DNA of 64,000 bases from an uncultured delta proteobacterium (GTDB taxonomy: Bacteria > Desulfobacterota > Desulfobacteria > Desulfobacterales > UBA2156): NCBI GenBank assembly GCA_963736855.1, contig CAVTQK010000021.1:480001-544000 (forward strand). The letters are read 5' to 3'. Positions within the stretch are counted from its first letter, which is position 1; the number at the start of each line of letters is the position of its first letter. The notes below the pieces were generated by a model. That model saw nothing but the letters and a program-made list of their open reading frames with translations, made no database searches and was not told the origin of the DNA. Shown here piece after piece: positions 58,424 to 64,000 of this stretch. The translations under genes and the position numbers were made by a program.

Positions 58424-58576
58424 GATGAACTCGTAAAAAGTCGAAAATCAGATGGCAAAGTAAAAAGTTCAAGTTCAAGGCGTCGCGAATCCCGTGTGAT
58501 GAGGCGTACTTATCATACGTCGAAATCGCAACGGGATGAAGCGCAACGCAGAAATTGGACTTTTTACGAAGCCATC
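58424..58576 (+). mobile_element. 153-bp MITE-like repeat, subfamily B, copy 2
   Basis: Ends GATGAACTCGTAAAAAGT / ACTTTTTACGAAGCCATC; flanks ATTTTT / ATTTTC (5/6 duplication). Confidence 0.88.
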
Positions 58577-58699
58577 ATTTTCGATCATACCCGATCTATA
58601 TGATTTTCTGCAAGCCTGGGAATACGCCATATTTTGAATACTGCCTGGTTTGGATCCCCTGCCCGGTCGCTCCAAAACATGTCGCATTCGGCCGTGTCC

Positions 58700-60508
58700 T
58701 TAATCCCTTAACCTGACGATGAGTTCCTTTTTTCTACCATCTTTGAAATGAACGAGGCCTTCCTCGCAGATGCGAAGGAAGGGAATCGAAGCACCGGTGA
58801 GGATCACCAGAGTGAGCAAAGGATTCGCAAAGGGGATCCCCAGTGCCGATGCCGCTTTATGAATCAAGGACAGTTTACGCTGAAGAGATTTCAGGGGTAA
58901 TTCATTGATGAGTCCAAAGATTGGAAGCGGCAGCTCAGCCCGAATTTTCCCCCGGGAACAGATCACCGCACCTCCCTGCAGTTCGTAAATCCGATTGACC
59001 GCAAGCGCCATATCGGATTCATCAGCACCCACAACGACGATATCTGATGTATCCCAAGCCGCACTTGACGCAAATGCGCCGCTCTTCATGTAAAAGCCCT
59101 TGATGAATCCGACGAACATTTTTCCCGGATGTTTCGTTCGATCTATGGCGGCCACCTTGAGAATGTCCCGAGATAAATCGGAAACCAGCCGTCCGTCTTT
59201 TACTTCCAGTGAAACTTCCCGCTCCTGGGTGATCAGCCCGGTAACCTGCTCAATCACCCTGACATCGGCAAAGCGTCCTCTTTTTCGCGTTGAAACAACA
59301 AAATCCTCCGGCGACAGGAGGCGCTTCAGGTGTACGCTGTGCAGGCTTGCATCCGAGAAAACGTGGGTTCTGGGAGTCGCCAGAAGCTTTCCGTTTCGTG
59401 CGATCATCTTGCCGTTGCTGATAACCATCTCGGGCCGGATGGTTTTAATATCCGGTATGATCAGGAGGTCTGCATATCGCCCTGGTGCAATTCCCCCAAC
59501 CCGATGATCAATTGAAAAATGCTCTGCCACATTCAGGGTAGCCATTTGGACGGCAGTCACCGGATCGAATCCGCAATCGATGGCTTTTTGGACCACGTTC
59601 TCCATATACCCCTTTTCCAGAAGATCCTGGGGCGTGATCCCATCCGTTACCAGGATCAGCCTTCTCGTTTCGACCCCTGCATCTTTTATCTTCGAAACTG
59701 CTGCCAAGTCGTGTCGGATACTCCCTTCCCGAATCATGACCCATAGCCCCAGCCTGAGTCTTTCCAGCGCCTCTTGTGAGGTTATCGGTTCATGACAGGA
59801 AGAAGGTCCCATGGCAGCGTAGGCATTCAGCTTCATTCCACGAGCACCGGCAGTGTGCCCTTCGATGGCTTTATTAAAGCGAAGCGTCTCTAAAAAAGCG
59901 GGCAAAAACTTCCCGGGATTTTGAAGCACGCCCTGCCAGTAGGATTCCCCGAGCCCAACCACCGAAGGATGAGATAACAACCTTTTGAGTATCGTTTGGG
60001 ATATCCCCTGCGTACTCTTGCTTATGGATCCCATGGCAGGTGCTGTGACGAATATTTTGACGGGCTGATCTTCAGTCGATGCTATAAAATCCATTACTCC
60101 TTTTAAACCAGCCACCGGAAACGGCTCCATAGTCTCCGTAACCAGGGTGGTGGTGCCTCCGACCATGGCCTTTCTCAGGAATTCCGTAATACTGAAAATC
60201 CAAGCCAGATGGGCGTGCCCGTCGATAAGGCCGGGGATCACCGTTTTTTTCCGCGCATTGATGACTACAGTTTTATTACCGATGGTATGTCCCAGATCTT
60301 CTCCTATACAAGCGATTTTTTCTCCATGTACAGCAATAGACCATCCGTCCAGGATCTCTCCTGTATAGACATTGACAACCCGACCTCCATGAATAACCAA
60401 GGTTGCTTTTTGATCTCCCATCGCCACCCGTATCAAGTCTGAAGCGGCTTCTTGGATTGATGAAGACTTCGGTATCCTAACGCATCGTTTCCCCTTTTTC
60501 ATTTTCAA
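58700..60508 (-). CDS. ade: adenine deaminase (AdeC-type amidohydrolase)
   Basis: PGLIDGHAH, GTTT, EGH, CHE, IREGS, LVTD, QMATLN.A, GIAPG..AD and an AdeC C-terminal domain. Confidence 0.85.
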   Translation of the reverse strand: MKMKKGKRCVRIPKSSSIQEAASDLIRVAMGDQKATLVIHGGRVVNVYTGEILDGWSIAVHGEKIACIGEDLGHTIGNKTVVINARKKTVIPGLIDGHAHLAWIFSITEFLRKAMVGGTTTLVTETMEPFPVAGLKGVMDFIASTEDQPVKIFVTAPAMGSISKSTQGISQTILKRLLSHPSVVGLGESYWQGVLQNPGKFLPAFLETLRFNKAIEGHTAGARGMKLNAYAAMGPSSCHEPITSQEALERLRLGLWVMIREGSIRHDLAAVSKIKDAGVETRRLILVTDGITPQDLLEKGYMENVVQKAIDCGFDPVTAVQMATLNVAEHFSIDHRVGGIAPGRYADLLIIPDIKTIRPEMVISNGKMIARNGKLLATPRTHVFSDASLHSVHLKRLLSPEDFVVSTRKRGRFADVRVIEQVTGLITQEREVSLEVKDGRLVSDLSRDILKVAAIDRTKHPGKMFVGFIKGFYMKSGAFASSAAWDTSDIVVVGADESDMALAVNRIYELQGGAVICSRGKIRAELPLPIFGLINELPLKSLQRKLSLIHKAASALGIPFANPLLTLVILTGASIPFLRICEEGLVHFKDGRKKELIVRLRD

Positions 60509-60686
60509 GCCCTCTCAGCTCGAGCCACGAATCCGATTTTTAAGAAAAAAAACAAACCGCGATCTCTTTATCTTCAATCTGACGATCGATCAAGTACCGT
60601 CTGGATTATCCTGTTGCATCACCCGACACCTCGTATTATGAACCGACGATCGGCAATAAACCTCAAAAATATTTTCGGGAGATCGA

Positions 60687-61556
60687 TTGAAAACTGGAAT
60701 CATCCTGATTTCCGTCGGCGCTTTTCTGATCAGTTTTTCTGCCGTGTTTGTAAAACTCGCCCACATCAGTCCGACCATGGCGGGTTTTTATCGGATGTTC
60801 TTCGGGGGTTGCACCTTGTCGCTGATTCTATTTATCAGGAGAGAAAATCCCTTTTACAGCTTTGGGATTTTGGGAATCCAGATTGTCTGCGGTTTTTTCT
60901 TCGCCTTAGATCTATTCCTCTGGCACCGGTCCATCCATTACGTGGGGCCCGGGATAGCCACCATACTCGCCAATTTTCAGGTCTTTGTCATGGCAGTATA
61001 CGGCTTGGTCGCCCTCAGGGAGCGAATCACTTTAGGGCTGGCCTTTTCCATGCCCATGGCTATCCTAGGGCTTTTTCTTCTTGCGGGGATCGGCCGGAAA
61101 GATCTGCCGTCCGATGCACATGTTGGGATTGAATTGGGGCTGGCGACGGCTGCCAGTTACGCCTGCTATCTAATCTTTCTGCAGAAGCTGCAGCGACGCC
61201 CGAAAGTCCCATCCCCCATTGCGAATCTGGCGGTGATTTCTCTCGTGACGGCCGGGTTGCTGGCCGTGACTTCTGTCGCTGAACAAGTCGAATTCACCAT
61301 CCCGGACCTTCACACATTTTTCTACATGCTGGGATACGGTATCCTATGCCAGGTGTTAGGGTGGGTTTTCATCACGAAGGGATTACCGAGAATCAGATCG
61401 TCCCTGGCGGGATTGCTCCTGCTGATCCAGCCCGCATTTTCCTTTATTTGGGACATCCTCTTCTTTCAACGACCCACGACTCCCGTGGAATTATTCGGAG
61501 CGATCCTCGCCATTAGCGCCATCTATTTCGGGACTGTATCCCGATCCTCAGGATAG
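60687..61556 (+). CDS. DMT/EamA-family transporter
   Basis: Ten hydrophobic helices in two EamA repeats (ISFSAVFVK, FYR, GIATILAN.Q, LLLIQP). Confidence 0.9.
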   Translation: MKTGIILISVGAFLISFSAVFVKLAHISPTMAGFYRMFFGGCTLSLILFIRRENPFYSFGILGIQIVCGFFFALDLFLWHRSIHYVGPGIATILANFQVFVMAVYGLVALRERITLGLAFSMPMAILGLFLLAGIGRKDLPSDAHVGIELGLATAASYACYLIFLQKLQRRPKVPSPIANLAVISLVTAGLLAVTSVAEQVEFTIPDLHTFFYMLGYGILCQVLGWVFITKGLPRIRSSLAGLLLLIQPAFSFIWDILFFQRPTTPVELFGAILAISAIYFGTVSRSSG

Positions 61557-61577
61557 CTTTAGCCTGGGATCTGTCTG

Positions 61578-62532
61578 CTAGAGCTCAACCATAATGCCCA
61601 GACCTTTTTCGTTGGCGGCTTTCAAAACTGCGGCTGCCGCTGCCGCATCCTGAACCGCCAGGCCTACGGACTTGAAAAAGGTAATTTCCTCGTCGTCCCT
61701 TCTCCCGGGCTTTTTTCCGTTGACGATTTCTCCGATTTCAGACTCGATGGATGCTCTGGAAAGAATAATATCCCCGGCTTCGGCCATGCAAGCTTCTTTT
61801 GAGTCCACGACAACCCTCGCACGCCGGACGGTCTTCTCGTCGATCTCCTGCATCTGAGGGGTAAATGATCCCACCCCGGTGACATGGGTGCCGGGTTCAA
61901 GGTCGTCCCCGTTAAAAACAGGAGACTTCGAAGTGGTGGCGGCAATCACAATATCCGCACCTGAAACAGCTTCCTTAGGAGAGTCAACCACACTCACAGT
62001 GGAAATAATCCCCTGGATCTCTGCGGCTAATTTTTCCGCCGTGGTCTGAACCCGATCAAAGATCTTTACATTTGAAATGGAACGAACGGTCAGAACGCTA
62101 TCTAATTGCGCGCGGGCCTGAACACCGGCACCGAAAAGGGCTAACGTTTTAGAGTCTTTCCGCGACAAGAGATCCGCAGCCAAGACCACCGGCAGCACCG
62201 GTGCGCAGCGCCGTGAGGCTCTCGCCGTTTATTACGGCAAGTGGAAAACCCGTATCCGGATTGATAACTATGACTATCGCCCCAATAACCGGAAGACCAA
62301 GAGAAGCATTCTTTTCGAAGACCGATACCACTTTGATTCCCATGGCTTTAATCGACGGCAGGAAAGCCGGCATCAACAGGGTCACGCCATCGGGCACATG
62401 AAAACGTGACCTCAGCGGCATAATGGCCTTTCCGGAAGAAAACTCTCCGAAAGCGACACGCATCGCCTCAATGGCTTCCTTCATGCTGAGTGCTTCTTTG
62501 ACATCTTTTGCGGTCAGAATCCTAAGCTTCAT
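61578..62532 (-). CDS. ornithine cyclodeaminase / mu-crystallin family protein; frameshift near 62183
   Basis: [21 protein letters not shown] in one frame; [28 protein letters not shown] and [11 protein letters not shown] in the next. Confidence 0.9.
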
Positions 62533-63106
62533 ACAATATTTTATCTCCCTCTCCCCATCGTTGAAACAGTTGATGCGGGATGCCCAGATAATCGAAGACC
62601 TTGCCGATGGTCTGGTGAATGATGTCGTCGATCGTCTTGGGCCTGTGATAAAAAGATGGGATCGGGGGCAGGATATGGGCTCCCATGTCGGCAGCTAAGG
62701 TCATCAATCTTAAGTGACCCTTATGCAGTGGTGTCTCCCGTACCACGAGGACCAGCTTCCGCTTTTCCTTAAGGGTCACATCGGCGGCGCGGACCATTAG
62801 GTTGCTGTCATACGAATTAGCGATGGCAGACAAGGTTTTGATCGTGCAGGGGACAACCACCATCCCTTCCGTCAAGAAGGAACCGCTGGCAAGGGGGGCG
62901 GTCAGGTCCTTGTCATCATGAATGAAATCGGCCATGGAAGCAACTTGATCCGGCGTATGTCCGGTTTCGATCCGAATGTTGATCTTTCCCGTATCGGATA
63001 TGATAAGATGGGTTTCGTAATCCGTTTCCTTGAGCAACGAAAGCATCCGCACCCCATAAATGACGCCGGAAGCTCCGGATATTCCTATGACGATGCGTTT
63101 GGGCAT
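62522..63106 (-). CDS. ubiX: flavin prenyltransferase
   Basis: GISGASG, ASGS, PCTIKTLS, RAADVTLKE.R, RETP, P.FY. Confidence 0.95.
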   Translation of the reverse strand: MPKRIVIGISGASGVIYGVRMLSLLKETDYETHLIISDTGKINIRIETGHTPDQVASMADFIHDDKDLTAPLASGSFLTEGMVVVPCTIKTLSAIANSYDSNLMVRAADVTLKEKRKLVLVVRETPLHKGHLRLMTLAADMGAHILPPIPSFYHRPKTIDDIIHQTIGKVFDYLGIPHQLFQRWGEGDKILYEA

Positions 63107-63109
63107 CTT

Positions 63110-63556
63110 CTACCCTTTCATTCCTTGCCGTTTAATGCTTTTAACCCGGCTTTTGCTTTTCAGCCGGGCGATTCTTTTTAAAATCAATTCCGTCAATACT
63201 TCGCTGTTTCGAATGACTCGTAAAATCCCTTCCGGCGAAAGTCTATCCCAATGGATCCCTGCGGTCACCACCACCCGAGTATTCAGAGTTGCCGACAGGA
63301 TTTCGGAAATAGCTTTGGCCATTTCGTCTTCCTTATGTCCGAGTACACAAAACACCGAAGCCGTGCTGCTGATCGTTTGGGGATCTTTTAAGCTCGGCCT
63401 TGGCTGAGCGATGGCCACCGCCCCAACATGGGGCGCATCCCCGCCCCAGATGGAAATTACAAAATCCTCACCGACTTGCCTCACGCTTGCCTCAAGATCA
63501 TAAGATCGGGTTCGGGTCTTGAGGGTGAAAACGGCGGCCTTTTTCTTGATACTCAT
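63110..63556 (-). CDS. LpdD-like prenylated-flavin chaperone
   Basis: GGD.PHVGAV, GHKED and VVVTAGIHWD motifs; directly upstream of ubiX. Confidence 0.75.
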   Translation of the reverse strand: MSIKKKAAVFTLKTRTRSYDLEASVRQVGEDFVISIWGGDAPHVGAVAIAQPRPSLKDPQTISSTASVFCVLGHKEDEMAKAISEILSATLNTRVVVTAGIHWDRLSPEGILRVIRNSEVLTELILKRIARLKSKSRVKSIKRQGMKG

Positions 63557-63619
63557 GAAATCAATCCCAATTTCCTTAATAAAAGTTCTGCCTCATTCTT
63601 GATACGCTTTTCCAAAATT

Positions 63620-64000
63620 TCATTCATTAAAAAGTGTCTCGGCCTCCCTGAGGATCGCCTCGGCAAAACCGGCATCCTCCATGTTGGCCTCTACTTCCAG
63701 AAAACGGATCTCCGGTTTAAGCCGAGCTTTAAGGGTTTCCGAAAAGACCCGATCCGTTTCCGGATCGTGGGTGGGATTCCCCGGGGCATCCACTGCCGAC
63801 CATCCCCGCGTGGGGATGACGACCGTCACAAGACCCTCGGCGACATTGAGTTTGTCGGCAAATGCACAGGCGACCTGGATGAGTTCCTCAGGGGAGAGCC
63901 GGATCCATGTTCGATGTTTATCCAGATCATATTTGGGTCGTTTAAGGTATTCGGACTTGTATTTGGACTTGGACGGCGTCATGTGATTGACGCTGCAGGT
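63620..64000 (-). CDS. UPF0261 / Tm-1-like ATP-binding domain protein (3' part; starts outside the window)
   Basis: R....E....A..FA.KLN.A...V.V.IP..GWS..D.PG....DPE.D..F...L and E..ANMED..FA. Confidence 0.75.
   Translation of the reverse strand, partial: TCSVNHMTPSKSKYKSEYLKRPKYDLDKHRTWIRLSPEELIQVACAFADKLNVAEGLVTVVIPTRGWSAVDAPGNPTHDPETDRVFSETLKARLKPEIRFLEVEANMEDAGFAEAILREAETLFNE

Noticed and set aside
11015..58576. Repeats as a CRISPR array or tRNA/rRNA
   Set aside because: The copies are dispersed, 153 bp long, and have TIRs and TSDs. There is no repeat-spacer periodicity and no cloverleaf or rRNA signature.

Overview
This 64 kb window looks like chromosomal DNA from a Desulfobacterota-like (deltaproteobacterial) anaerobe; that assignment is an inference from gene content. 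Most of it is housekeeping or metabolic: psd, tsaB, lon, pilD, an ilvA/tdcB-type dehydratase, an amino-acid ABC module, queE/queC, miaB, recJ, RNase Z, an MrfA-type helicase, a CNNM transporter, ACT/DUF711, adenine deaminase, ubiX and lpdD. Three things stand out. (1) A tightly coupled ~15 kb cell-envelope operon (15404-29787) encodes an AsmA/YdbH-like bridge protein, a YnbE/YdbL(DUF1318)-like lipoprotein, a 2,820-aa apparently exported TolB-propeller/TPR/pseudo-CHAT/TPR/CHAT caspase-like protease, an SH3b protein and an M48 metalloprotease with a Tat-like signal. This is the best candidate for an undescribed system. (2) An accessory island at ~31.1-40.5 kb is built from IS91/ISCR-type remnants. 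It carries a LysM/PG-binding protein, a GH5-like hydrolase, a SNF2 helicase, a deletion-fused type III R-M remnant and a small structured-RNA candidate. (3) Five copies (two subfamilies) of a 153-bp MITE-like element have terminal inverted repeats and 6-bp target-site duplications. At least eight single-base frameshifts, mostly in homopolymers and several in core genes, suggest assembly indel errors rather than true pseudogenes. No CRISPR array, rRNA or tRNA was recognised.
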